From Haliotis rufescens (taxonomy: Eukaryota), in assembly GCF_023055435.1 (NCBI RefSeq), contig NW_025963868.1, positions 6,944,001-7,008,000 on the forward strand: a stretch of 64,000 nt of DNA, in the 5' to 3' direction. The notes below the pieces were generated by a model. It was not told the origin of the DNA. It did no database searches and saw only the letters and a list, made by a program, of their open reading frames with translations. Below, one piece after another: positions 11,701 through 23,525 of the stretch. How positions within the stretch are numbered: position 1 is the stretch's first letter; each line of letters begins with the position of its first letter. Position numbers and translations under genes: made by a program.

Positions 11701-14700
11701 TTAGAGCGTAACTGATTTTGGACAAAAACTGTGCATGTCCAATATAGACCTACACTCAAAAGGAAAGTAACGATGATACATGTGTCTAATACTTATATAA
11801 AAAGTATTGATAATTACAATAATGATGCAGATGATGTGGTTTGTAGCTTTATGTATCATGTAACCAACCATGAAAACAACAAATCAATATCAGGGTGTTC
11901 TGATGTCCTTCTGGGGACACTATGTGATAAGGGACCTTTTACCCTACATGATCTGCATAATTTAAGAAATGAGCAAAACAAATTAGAAAGTTTTAAGAAA
12001 GTTTTCAGATATGAATAAGAACTATAGTTCGTTCATTTCAACACACGCGTGTTACGACACAAATTTATTACGTTTCGCTTAAATATGTTAAAAAGGTTTT
12101 CAAGATTATTTTTTTCAGAAACTGATATTTTTAGGTGATGTAACTAGTGAAGTGGTGAAAATAGACGAACTTGTTCAAGAAGTACATGTAATAGGCAGTT
12201 TTTGCCCAACCCTGTGTGAAGTCTAAAAGTACCATTATTACTAATAATTCCGTAGCTATATTTGTTGACGTACCGGATGTGCAGACAAAGAGTCCTAGTC
12301 CTTAGCCTACTTTTCACTTCAAATTGTGATGAATCTTTAATGGGAACAACACATTTCTCCATTACTCATTTATTTATTTAATTTAACATAATGAATGGCT
12401 GAATTTGAAATTTTACATTTACTGGGATTTAAATATTAAATTTTCATTCAAACCTTAATACATCTTATTGGGTCCATTGGTCAGTCCAACAACACAGATA
12501 TGGCTTACCCTTGTGCAGGCGAGGTTGTAACTGAAATAGGCTTTGATGTCCGTTGAGTGACTTACCTTTGGGTAGACGAGGCTATAACTGAAATGTGCCT
12601 TGTTGTCGGTTGAGTGACTTACCCTTGGGTAGACGAGGCTATAACTGAAATGTGCCTTGTTGTCGGTTGAGTTACTTACCCTTGGATAGACGAGGCTGTA
12701 ACTGAAAGTGGCCTTGATGTCAGTTGAGTGACTTACCCTTGGGTAGACGAGGTTGTAACTGAAATAGGCCTTGATGTCGGTTGAGTGACTTACCCTTGGG
12801 TAGACGAGGTTGTAACTGAAATTTGCCTTGTAGCCGGTTAAGTGACTTACCCTTGGGTAGACGAGGTTGTAACTGAAATAGACCTTGATGTCGGTTGAGT
12901 GACTTACCCTTGGGTAGACGAGGTTGTAACTGAAATAGGCCTTGATGTCGGTTGAGTGACTTACCCTTGGGTAGACGAGGTTGTAACTGAAATAGGCCTT
13001 GATGTCGGTTGAGTGACTTACCCTTGGGTAGACGAGGTTGTAACTGAAAGGGGCCTTGATGTCGGTTGAGTGACTTACCCTTGGGTAGACGAGGTTGTAA
13101 CTGAAATAGGCCTTGATGTCGGTTGAGTGACTTACCCTTGGGTAGACGAGGTTGTAACTGAAATTTGCCTTGTAGCCGGTTAAGTGACTTACCCTTGGGT
13201 AGACGAGGTTGTAACTGAAATAGACCTTGATGTCGGTTGAGTGACTTACCCTTGGGTAGACGAGGTTGTAACTGAAATAGGCCTTGATGTCGGTTGAGTG
13301 ACTTACCCTTGGGTAGACGAGGTTGTAACTGAAATGTGCCTTGATGTCGGTTGAGTGACTTACCCTTGGGTAGACGAGGTTGTAACTGAAAGGGGCCTTG
13401 ATGTCGGTTGAGTGACCTACCCTTGGGTAGACGAGGTTGTAACTGAAATGTGCCTTGATGTCGGTTGAGTGACTTACCCTTGGGTAGACGAGGTTGTAAC
13501 TGAAATGTGCCTTGATGTCGGTTGAGTGACTTACCCTTGGGTAGACGAGGTTGTAACTGAAAGGGGCCTTGATGTCGGTTGAGTGACTTACCCTTGGGTA
13601 GACGAGGTTGTAACTGAAAGGGGCCTTGATGTCGGTTGAGTGACTTACCCTTGGGTAGACGAGGTTGTAACTGAAATAGGCCTTGATGTCGGTTGAGTGA
13701 CTTACCCTTGGGTAGACGAGGTTGTAACTGAAATAGGCCTTGATGTCGGTTGAGTGACTTACCCTTGGGTAGACGAGGTTGTAACTGAAATGTGCCTTGT
13801 AGCCGGTTAAGTGTCTTACCCTTGGGTAGACGAGGTTGTAACTAAAAGGGGCCTTGATGTCGGTTGAGTGACTTACCCTTGGGTAGATGAGGTCGTAACT
13901 GATAGTGGCCTTGATGTCGGTTGAGTGACTTACCCTTGGGTAGACGAGGTTGTAACTGAAATAGGCCTTGATGTCGGTTGAGTGACTTACCCTTGGGTAG
14001 ACGAGGTTGTAACTGAAAGGGGCCTTGATGTCGGTTGAGTTACTTACCCTTGGATAGGAGATGTTGTAGGTGAATGAGGCACCGAGGCCGGCGGGGAAGA
14101 GGAAGCTGTCCATGAAGACCCAGCCCTGCGATAGACAATCACTGAACACTAATTATTAAAATAATGTCCCAAATCCAAAATTACTTTTTGAAGAAACGGT
14201 AGTACCGGGGGCGTTATCCCGTCGTTACATTACTGGACTCAACTAAACAGGATAATAATGGCGGACTGGCGAGGTCCACATTTAGTACGGTTGATAATAG
14301 AGATCCCACACAACCTATCAACAAGCCATTGCAGTTCCTGCTTGAAAACATTTACATGTAACAAAATGCATGGATTTTAGCCTCACTATTAGAATTCTGG
14401 TGGATTCCGAAAAGTGAATTTATTTGCCAAAAAAGTGTGATTCAGCTTTCGTTTTGGGTCTGAAAATGTTTCATTGGAATCTGCCTGAAAAAATGCAAGG
14501 GGGTTTGATTTATAGGACGCTGTGAACAGTGTCTCAGTTGATTGTGTCATCAGCCAGGCTCCAGCTTATCTCTCCACTCTGCTCCAGCTTCATAATCCAC
14601 CAAGAACTCTTCGATCAGCAAATCAAAACCTGCAACCTGTTCCTCAGTATAGACTTTCCAGCTATGGACTAAAGACTTTCAGTGTTGCTGCCCCGAAGTG

Positions 14701-15351
14701 ATGGAATGATCTTTCACTTGAGATTAGACTTTCGTCAACGTTTCAGACATTCAAAGCAAAACTAAAGACATTTGTACAAAAAAAAATTCCAGAGTGACAT
14801 TTGAATGTAGCGCTTTGAGCATGAACTACTACATGGAGGCTAGCGNNNNNNNNNNNNNNNNNNNNNNNNNNNNNNNNNNNNNNNNNNNNNNNNNNNNNNN
14901 NNNNNNNNNNNNNNNNNNNNNNNNNNNNNNNNNNNNNNNNNNNNNNNNNNNNNNNNNNNNNNNNNNNNNNNNNNNNNNNNNNNNNNNNNNNNNNNNGATG
15001 TCTAAAAGTTTGTAAATTCCCAGCGTTTATGATTTTAGTGACATCCAGCGCATAAAAAGAATCATAATTAATCTGATTCGAACCTATGAGCAGAGGCTCC
15101 TAGTACGCACATTTGCATGTAGACATGCAAAGGAACCACCTTTGTCCCCACGCCTGGAAAGGAACTGCGTGTTCTTCGAAAGGGCAGACTAATGCTAAAT
15201 TACCTGTCTTCAATATTGAAACAAATACCAATAATTTCAAAAGGGCAACACTCACCTTCAAAGAGACAATTGTTCCCTCTGCATATTTTCCTGATATAAT
15301 TGAGACGCAGGTCAGTATAGTACAAACAGATAGCAACCACATGCCCGCCAT
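8727..15351 (-). CDS. GOLD-like paralogue A: TMEM145/GPR180-type N-terminal ectodomain only, signal peptide and GPI-anchor-like tail, 200 aa
   Basis: Exons 15256-15351, 14048-14125, 11479-11547, 10590-10805, 8727-8870; all GT-AG, all phase 0. Protein: MAGMWLLSVCTILTCVSIISG-KYAEGTIVSLK/GWVFMDSFLFPAGLGASFTYNISYPR/QYAPMFLLFYGGEQFAQANDPLK/SCQQKIALLQYPSYSRQILSLDTSRPSSGCYNRYDRFKGDYVYCVGRFNIDIDSSSGWFVTANRCGDQNGVT/GLYLQYRIEASVGVDKDQVFPFHSGEGRVTIPVVTFIMMVALGQVIV*. Exons 3 and 4 (69 and 216 nt) are the same size in B and C. Confidence 0.88.
9440..10035 (+). mobile_element. Decayed Tc1-like transposase fragment in intron 4 of paralogue A
   Basis: Remnants ARQFNVH (HTH) and SPDLTPTEYVWGEMDCRLR...IPLTILQRLIASVKR...HTHY* (Tc1 SPDLNPIE..W motif and C-terminus), with deletions and frameshifts. 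Confidence 0.75.
12503..14047 (-). repeat. 57-bp tandem array (~27 units) derived from the 3' end of exon 2 plus its splice donor, in frame with the exon
   Basis: Minus-strand unit: gtaagtcactcaaccgacatcaaggcctatttcagttacaacctcgtctacccaagg. Its 3' part (FSYNLVYPR|gtaag) matches the exon end (FTYNISYPR|gtaag). ORF 12455-14149 stays open across the whole array. Confidence 0.95.
14545..14830 (+). mobile_element. L2/CR1-group LINE 3' fragment
   Basis: Reads QAPAYLSTLLQLHNPPRTLRSANQNL..VPQYRLSSYGLKTFSVAAPK.WNDL..EIR...F..FKAKLKTF, a typical L2 ORF2 C-terminus. Confidence 0.75.
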
Positions 15352-15457
15352 CTTCTTTCTCAATGTCACGATGTCACGATCAGACGATGCCTCCCACCTC
15401 CCACCGCTCGGCCCACATCCCCCACCTCCCGACCCCCACCCACCCCTACCCCTCCAC

Positions 15458-15511
<54 letters not shown>

Positions 15512-16929
15512 CGCAAAACCCAATTACGGATCGAACTGATGTCGCCCCAAGCCATTGCCGCGGTCCTGTTATCGGCTTGTTATGACACATACGATTATCT
15601 CGGTCGGGTGACATTGAACATCGAATCATACAATTTCTCATACAATTTACCCAATTATTTACGTCCTCCAGTGTGCACAACTCACCAACCTCCGTTTGGG
15701 AATAGGCCCCTTGTTTACAAATATAGGCCGACCCGTCACGATCCGGTGTAGAATTGGTCTTCAGCTACCCATGCTTGTTGTAAGAGGCGACTAACGGTAT
15801 TGGGTTGTCAGGCTCGCTGACTTGGTTGATGCATGTCATCGATCCCAATTGCGTGGATCGAAGCTCATGATGTCAATCACTTGATTGTCTGGTCCAGACT
15901 CGAGTATTTACAGACCGCCGTTATACAGCTGGAATATTACTGAGTACGGCTTGAAACAAACAAAAAATGAAAGAAAAAAAGGCATGTCAAATAAATAACC
16001 AGCAGGTCTTTTAACATTTTTTTTAGAATGCAAAGAGTAACTTGGATCTTATACAATGACAGGGGGCGGTTGGGTAGCCTAGTGGTTAAAGCATTCGCTC
16101 GTCACGCCGAAGACCCGGGTTCGATTCCCAACATGGGTACAATGTGTGAAGCCCATTTCTGGTGTACCCCGCCGTGATATTGCTGGAATATTGCTAAAAG
16201 CGGCGTAAATCAATACCCACTCACAATACACTGACAGGATCGCGTTAATAATTTATTTTGTTTTGACAACTTTTCACATTAGAGCATTATTTATAATTTA
16301 GCATCACCTTATTTGTGGAAATAACATGTTGTGCAATGCCGCAGACAGATCACAAAAAGGACGCCATCGGGCAAGGTGACCCGCTTTCATTGATGAATTG
16401 TAGTTTCTAGTTTCTACGTACCTTTCCTGTTTCTCGCCCCCGAAGCATGGTCCACTGACCACATATTTCATAAATATCATATTAGTGACATATTAGTTTT
16501 CTTAGGAAAAATAAAGCTCTGTATTTATGCCGCAAACACGTCGGTTTCGTAACCCACATTCACTCAAGCAGCGTTGAGCACCAGTGCGGCTGTTTACCCA
16601 CATTCATACGGCGCAGTGTATCAGAGCGGGTATTTGATAAAATAAAAGCGACAAAACCCTTCCGCATTCATCAGAAATCTCTACCGAAAACAGTATCGAT
16701 TGTATAATTCCGACTAAAGCATGAGCATACATGTGTTTATGAATCCACGTTCAAGCAGTGAAGTGTATCAGAGCGGGTGTTTAACCCACACTTAAGTAGA
16801 GTGTCAGAGAGGGATTAAAGAATTAATCCCACATTTTTGCAGCGCCGGGTATCAGAGTGGTTTGTTAACCCCCACTTAAGCCATGCAATGTGTCAGAGTG
16901 GTTTTTTATCCAACACTTACGTTGTCCAG

Positions 16930-17395
16930 ACTATAAGAGCGGGGTTTTTTTACCCACACTCCAGCAGTGTAGTGTATAAGAGCGGGGTTTTTTTACCCAC
17001 ACTCCAGCAGTGTAGTGTATAAGAGCGGGTTTTTTTTAACCCACACTCCAGCAGTGTAGTGTATAAGAGCGGGTTTGTAACCCACACTCCAGCAGTGTAG
17101 TGTATAAGAGCGGGTTTGTAACCCACCCTCCAGCAGTACTAGTGTAGTGTATAAGAGCGGGTGTGTAACCCACACTTTAGCAGTGTAGTGTATAAGAGCG
17201 GGTTTGTAACCCATCCTCCAGCAGTGTAGTGTATAAGAGCGGGTTTGTAACCTACACCCCACCAGTGTAGTGTATAAGAGCGGGTTTGTAAACCACCCTC
17301 CAGCAGTGAAGTGTATAACAGCGGGTTTTTAACCCACCCTCCAGCAGTGTAGTGTATAACAGCGAGTTTATAACCCACACTCAAGAAGGGCAGTG
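16930..17395. repeat. ~41-bp minisatellite (cccacactccagcagtgtagtgtataagagcgggtttgtaa), with degenerate copies out to ~16550-17550
   Basis: Direct periodicity. Confidence 0.9.
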
Positions 17396-18037
17396 TATCA
17401 GAACCGTTTCTTAACTCCCACTTTAGCAGTGCAGTTTTTCAGAGCAGATGTTTAAACCACACTCAAGCAATGCATCAGAGCGTGTTTGTTATCCGCACTC
17501 AATCAGTGCAGCGTTTATGAGCGGATTTCTAACCCACACTCAAGGAGCAGATGAGAGCAGCAGTTAATACCATTCGAATTTGTGATTGGCTGGCTGGAGG
17601 CATGTGTTCATAACTAATCTGATTAAACCAGAAAGTGTATGCGTTTCAAGTGCAACATGAGTTGGAACATGTAGCTTTTGTACAATCCAACTCGAGGCTG
17701 GTCGACTGCGTGAGCCACAATGTATCTATGTCAGACACGGATGGCGACAGTCTGAAGCCATATTACATTCTAGTTGTGACACTTTCCTTCTTACACAAAG
17801 GGTTGATCTGTACAATTAGCTTGCAATGTGTTCCGACAATTCGAACGTATCGGAGGCTTTGTCAGAAATAAACATGATGAAAGAATACAGGTTTTATTAT
17901 AAACACAGATATACAAATACTCAATGACGCTCACTCCATTATAATTATGTTGGGCTCTGAGGACTTTTACAGATACATTTGTACATGTTAAGCCACTTTG
18001 CAGGAAAGGACAAGTGAGATTTATACCGGGTTTTTAT

Positions 18038-18129
18038 GTGAGTGAGTGAGTGAGTGAGTGAGTGAGTGAGTGAGTGAGTGAGTGAGTGAGTGAGTGAGTG
18101 AGTGAGTGAATGAGTGAGTGAGTGAGTGA
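18038..18129. repeat. (gtga)n microsatellite
   Basis: Direct reading. Confidence 0.95.
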
Positions 18130-20698
18130 CACAAAAAAAATTACACTACAACCTGTGTAAAAGTTTTTTTGATACGTAGAATTTATTTAAATTCTGTTTT
18201 TTGGGAACGATGTATCTATTGGCAAGCCTGAATATCGAACGTCAGTCCTGTCAAACAACACTATGAATGAAGAGTCTTATTGGGTTGATTGACATGTACG
18301 CATCTAGATGTCCATTGATTAAAATGTAAATGATGGAAAACGTCCGTATCCTCAATCAGTGAAGAAATACAATTTCAGCTATCAATATCTTATATATACG
18401 CATATCCAGGGTATTTAAAAGACAGTCTATATCGGATTATAACACTCTGGAAATACGAGGATGGGATGACTTATAATCCGTTGAACCAGCTGTAACGATA
18501 TTACAGAAGCAATTCTGAAAAAAGCCGCATCTACCATGTCGGCTTCAGAAGTCTCTCAGAATGAAGTATGTGTTTTATGATATAACCTTTGCTCTTAATA
18601 AAATACAGTTGGTGGCTGTTTGTCTAGGTAGGTCGTTTATACACACGCGTGATGGTGCTTGTGTACGTGATCGCAATATTAGCCGTGTACATGTGTACTC
18701 CATGAGTATTTTATAAATTTTATCATCAGTAGGTATATTTTGGAATACGTATAAGTAATGTTTGCTAAGCTCATCTTCATATTTCGTAATTTTATGTCAT
18801 ATTTGAAAAGCAAATATTAGCCTTATAGTTATAGTTCTCTTGTTCTCCTTACTTTAATAGGGGACGGGGGGTAACTTAGTGGGTAAAGCGTTTGCTTGTC
18901 ACGCCTTAGGTTTGTGTGTTTGGTTTGGTTTGTTGTTTAAGGCCGCACTCAGCAATATTCCAGCTATATGACGGCGGTCTGTAAATTATCGCGTCTGGAC
19001 AGACAATCCAGTGATTGATATCATGAGCATCGATCCACGCAACTGGGATACGATGACATACATCAACCAATCAGCGAGCCTGACCACCCTCGCTTCTTAC
19101 GACAAGCATAGCCGCCTTTTACAGCACGGGTTGCTGAAGACCTATTCTACCCGGATCTTCACGGGTCTTCACGCCTGAGGTACCGGGTCGATTCCCGATA
19201 TGGATACAATGTGTGGAGGCCATTTTATTATCCCACTGGCTGCAATAGTTCCACAAGCGTCGTAAAACATAACTAAATGAGTCTTCCACTGAAATGAATC
19301 CTTATAATTGACTTGGGCTGAACAATATTTCAGTTAAGCATCTAGGGTTTGAAGGTACCACAGCTGTCGAAAGTGACCCCTCGATCTCCATCGTAGACTG
19401 TTCCGATATCACTAATAGGGGACCCATACACAGAGAGCAGTTATATTTGTGGAAAAATCACGATGCATGCATTACATGAGCGACAGCTATGATGGAAAAT
19501 ATTATGATAACTAGCCGCCAATATAACATGCTATTAGCATACTTGAAGCGTACATTCTCATCACCCTTCGGAGTATACCAGAGCGCTAAACACATATACA
19601 TCTCATCCTACCCGGTACCCAGTTACAACATACTGGGTGACTCTGAGCCTTAGTGAGCTCAAAGTCGACGGATGTTTCAAGGTCAGTGAATTTGACGACA
19701 CGATCATGGATTCATAGATGGAGTCATTTTCAAGATCAGATATACAGTGAAAACGTGTTGCATCGAATTGGACCAAAAATTCGGGAAGAATTTGTGTTGT
19801 TGATTGACTTGTGAAGATCAGATCAATTAGATAGGCCATGTCATAACAACATAACTATGAACATTTTCCATATGTTGACCATTGATAAACGGTAATGGTG
19901 TCTTCAGCCAATGTACCTCACATTGTTACATTTATCTGTTTCATTTTTACTTGGAAAGAATAAAAAAATTATCAGTAAACATATTGATGTTCTTATTGCA
20001 TTCTTACTTATAGAATTTTGTTATTATGTCTAGTATACATAATAGTGAGTAGGGTTTTACGCCGCTTTTAGCAATATTCCAGCAATATCATGGCAGGGGA
20101 AACCAGAAATCGGCTTCACACATTGTACCCATGTCGGGAATCGAACCCGGGTCTTCGGCGTTACGATCGAACGCTTTAACCACTAGGCTACCCGACCGCC
20201 CCATTTTATACATAATAACTGACCATACATTTTAACCATAACACATATGGACGTTCCAGCGAGAATGGTATAAAAGGCGAGGTTTTCGGTCCTGATGCGT
20301 CCGGACTGACGAGTTTTCGTTGTACTTGTTCAGATTAGAATATTTAATTAGCAAACACGACTGAACTGTGTCCACGATCAATGTGTTTTACAGCGCAATA
20401 AATTAGAACTTGGTGTGGCAATGTTTATTTACATTTCACGCCTTCGGAATACCAATCGGCCATTATGTGACTGTCTGATGTTGGCCCTACATACACTTGG
20501 ATCAGTTTGCTGTCTGAATCCGGGAGCACGGGCAGCTGCAGGAGTCGTAAGTAGCCTATTTCATACTCGTATGAATTATTTCGCAACAGAAATGAAGCTC
20601 TGCTAAAATAAAACCATGCCGAAATCAGCAGAATTACGCGGTCGGTGTGATGGGTTTGGAGGTAAATAGTTGGTTCGTCACTCCGAGAGTCAATGTTC

Positions 20699-21832
20699 GA
20701 TGACGTTCAGAATATGCCAGGTGTAAGTAGTGCTTTACACGTCTTTGTTTGATGATGACGTTCAGAATAAGCTAGGTGTAAGTAGTGCTTTACACGTCTC
20801 TGTTTGATGATGACGTTCAGAATATGCAAGGTGTAAGTAGTGCTTTACACGTCTTTGTTTGATGATGAAGTTCAGAATATGCCAGGTGTAAGTATTGCTA
20901 ACATGTTTTTGTTTGATGATGAAGTTCAGAATATGCCAGGTGTAAGTAGTGCTTTACACGTCTTTGTTTGATGATGAAATTCAGAATATGCCAGGTGTAA
21001 GTAGTGCTCTACACGTCTTTGTTTGATGATGAAGTTCAGAATAAGCTAGGTGTAAGTAGTGCTTTACACGTCTTTGTTTGATGATGAAGTTCAGAATATG
21101 CCAGGTGTAAGTAGTGCTCTACACGTCTTTGTTTGATGATGAAGTTCAGAATATACCAGGTGTAAGTAGTGCTTTACACGTCTTTGTTTGATGATGAAGT
21201 TCAGAATATACCAGGTGTAAGTAGTGCTTTACACGTCTTTGTTTGATGATGAAGTTCAGAATATACCAGGTGTAAGTAGTGCTTTACACGTCTTTGTTTG
21301 ATGATGACGTTCAGAATATGCCAGGTGTAAGTAGTGCTCTACACGTCTCTGTTTGATGATGAAGTTCAGAATATGCCAGGTGTAAGTGGTGCTCTACACG
21401 TCTCTGTTTGATGATGAAGTTCAGAATATGCCAGGTGTAAGTAGTGCTCTACACGTCTCTGTTTGATGATGAATTTCAGAATATGTCAGGTGTAAGTAGT
21501 GCTTTACACGTCTTTGTTTGATGATGAAGTTCAGAATAAGCTAGGTGTAAGTAGTGTTTACACGTCTTTGTTTGATGATGAAGTTCAGAATATGCCAGGT
21601 GTAAGTAGTGCTTTACACGTCTTTGTTTGATGATGACGTTCAGAATAAGCTAGGTGTAAGTAGTGCTTTACACGTCTTTGTTTGATGATGACGTTCAGAA
21701 TATGCCAGGTGTAAGTAGTGCTTTACACGTCTTTGTTTGATGATGACGTTCAGAATAAGCTAGGTGTAAGTAGTGCTTTAAACGTCTTTGTTTGATGATG
21801 ACGTTCAGGATATATCGGGTGTAGCTAGTGCT
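20699..21832. repeat. 55-bp tandem satellite, ~20 units
   Basis: Unit gatgatgaagttcagaatatgccaggtgtaagtagtgctttacacgtctttgttt. Confidence 0.95.
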
Positions 21833-22499
21833 GTATATTGCTATGTTTTAGAATTTTATCCGAATAACGGACATATATCGCAGAGCTGGACCAACACCCT
21901 GTTGTATTGTAACATCGTTCCGTCTCATCACTCTATGCTCGCATCAAAATAGGGACTCAAATCATGGCTGTTTGGGTTAGATTTTGCTGAAACCGACGAA
22001 AAAATTGTAAAGTGCTGACAAAAAATAGAAACATCAGAAGGTGAAATCTGGTATTCGATTATAATCTATTTTTTTACCACGATGCACGACAAATGGGTCA
22101 GCAGTGCCACACGGGTAATTGAGGTCATGGGTTCGAGTTGATCAGATATCAGTGTACACGAGGATGAGGATGTTACAAGTTTAACAACGCGCTTCGGTAG
22201 GACCGATTTCGCACTCAGGACCACTGCACACTGCGGTTCCATGAGAAGGAACATCAGGTCATCTCGATCTATGTAGCATTACCATTGCATTGATTGATTG
22301 TGCTTACTTTCATTCACTGTGTGGGTGAATGTAGTTTGCACACAGCGGTGAATGGGATAGCCTTGTGGGTAAAGCCTTCGTCCGTGTTTGTCAAACTCGT
22401 GTATAACTTCGATATTGCTAAAAGCAGCCTACCTCCTCAAACAGTCTTTCACTTTATCAGATAGCCATGTGGTTTCAAAAGAACCTCACCGACAAAAGA

Positions 22500-22780
22500 G
22501 TGAGTGAATGAGTTGGGTTTAACGCCACTTTTAACAGTATTCCAGTTATATCGCGGCATGTCAGCTTAATGTGGGAGGAAAGCCCAAAGTGATGCAGGTC
22601 TCAGACGTTTACCACTTCGGTGAAACTCACGAGCACGGGCATGGTGCTGACAAACCTAGAAACATAATCGGGGCGAACCGGGATTCGAACCCACAATCAT
22701 AGGTTTCTGGCGTGCCCAAGGGACGCAACTCTGCACAGCGAATCGCGGCGCCTGAGACGACTGAGCCACCCGTGTCCCCT
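22500..22780 (-). mobile_element. tRNA-like SINE family D (~280 bp)
   Basis: Head gggtggctcagtcg...ggttcgaatccc and tail ggcgttaaacccaactca. Other copies at 2385-2600(+), 47660-47925(+); decayed at 30290-30520, 32740-32920, 44980-45240. Confidence 0.8.
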
Positions 22781-23183
22781 CACCGAAGTACCATACATGT
22801 TGGTATATATATGAAGAATCACTCATATTCAAGAGATATCAGATTGGTTCGATGAGCAAACGAACATACTGTCATATTGCGTGAACCGACGTTCATGAAC
22901 GCATCACATGTGACGTCATAGATCCATGACGCGAAATGCATCTCGTGCAGCTTATCGTGAAAAGAATAAAGACACGCTGTGGTAACACTTAACTAGTTGT
23001 TAGTTTTGTCATTAAGTGATACACATCTCTTCTTAACGTACATACGTCTCTAAATGTTTCTATGGTTCCCGGTTCTTTTCTATATTGTTTCAACTGATAT
23101 CGCTCTGACAATTGTGGTAGCAGCAAAACACAAAATGACACAAATACACAATTTTTTGTAGCTCCAGAAACCGTGGGTTCAAG

Positions 23184-23491
23184 ATGAACAAACAGTACGT
23201 TCAGCTGTTGGCGCTCAACTCCGCCATCGTCGTTCTCTTCATCGTTGCTATCACAGTCTTCATCGCCGGCATATACAGCAATGATCCAGGTACAGAGAGC
23301 GAGAGGATGTTGTTTAACGGATTAAAGTTGCAACCCCGAGTTTTATAAGGTCTTTATTAACAACCATATTGGACAGCTGTGTCGACACAGTACTGTTATC
23401 TTATCTTACCATGCCGACCAAGTAACAGTAACCTTAAAACCAAAATGACTGTGCCGACATAACTATTAACGTTACAGGAAGCCTACATAAC

Positions 23492-23525
<34 letters not shown>

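Noticed and set aside
12503-14047. Each 57-bp unit as a cassette micro-exon (ttcag|22 nt|gtaagt)
   Set aside because: A 22-nt exon shifts the frame, the 35-nt spacers are too short to be introns and the pyrimidine tract is weak. Alternative donor use is the better-supported reading.
12455-14149. 564-aa ORF as an independent single-exon gene
   Set aside because: Its start lies in intron 1 just upstream of the exon-2 acceptor. It is exon 2 of paralogue A reading into the repeat array (see findings).
12503-21832. CRISPR-like arrays
   Set aside because: Units are contiguous near-identical repeats with no unique spacers, there are no cas genes, and the context is eukaryotic.
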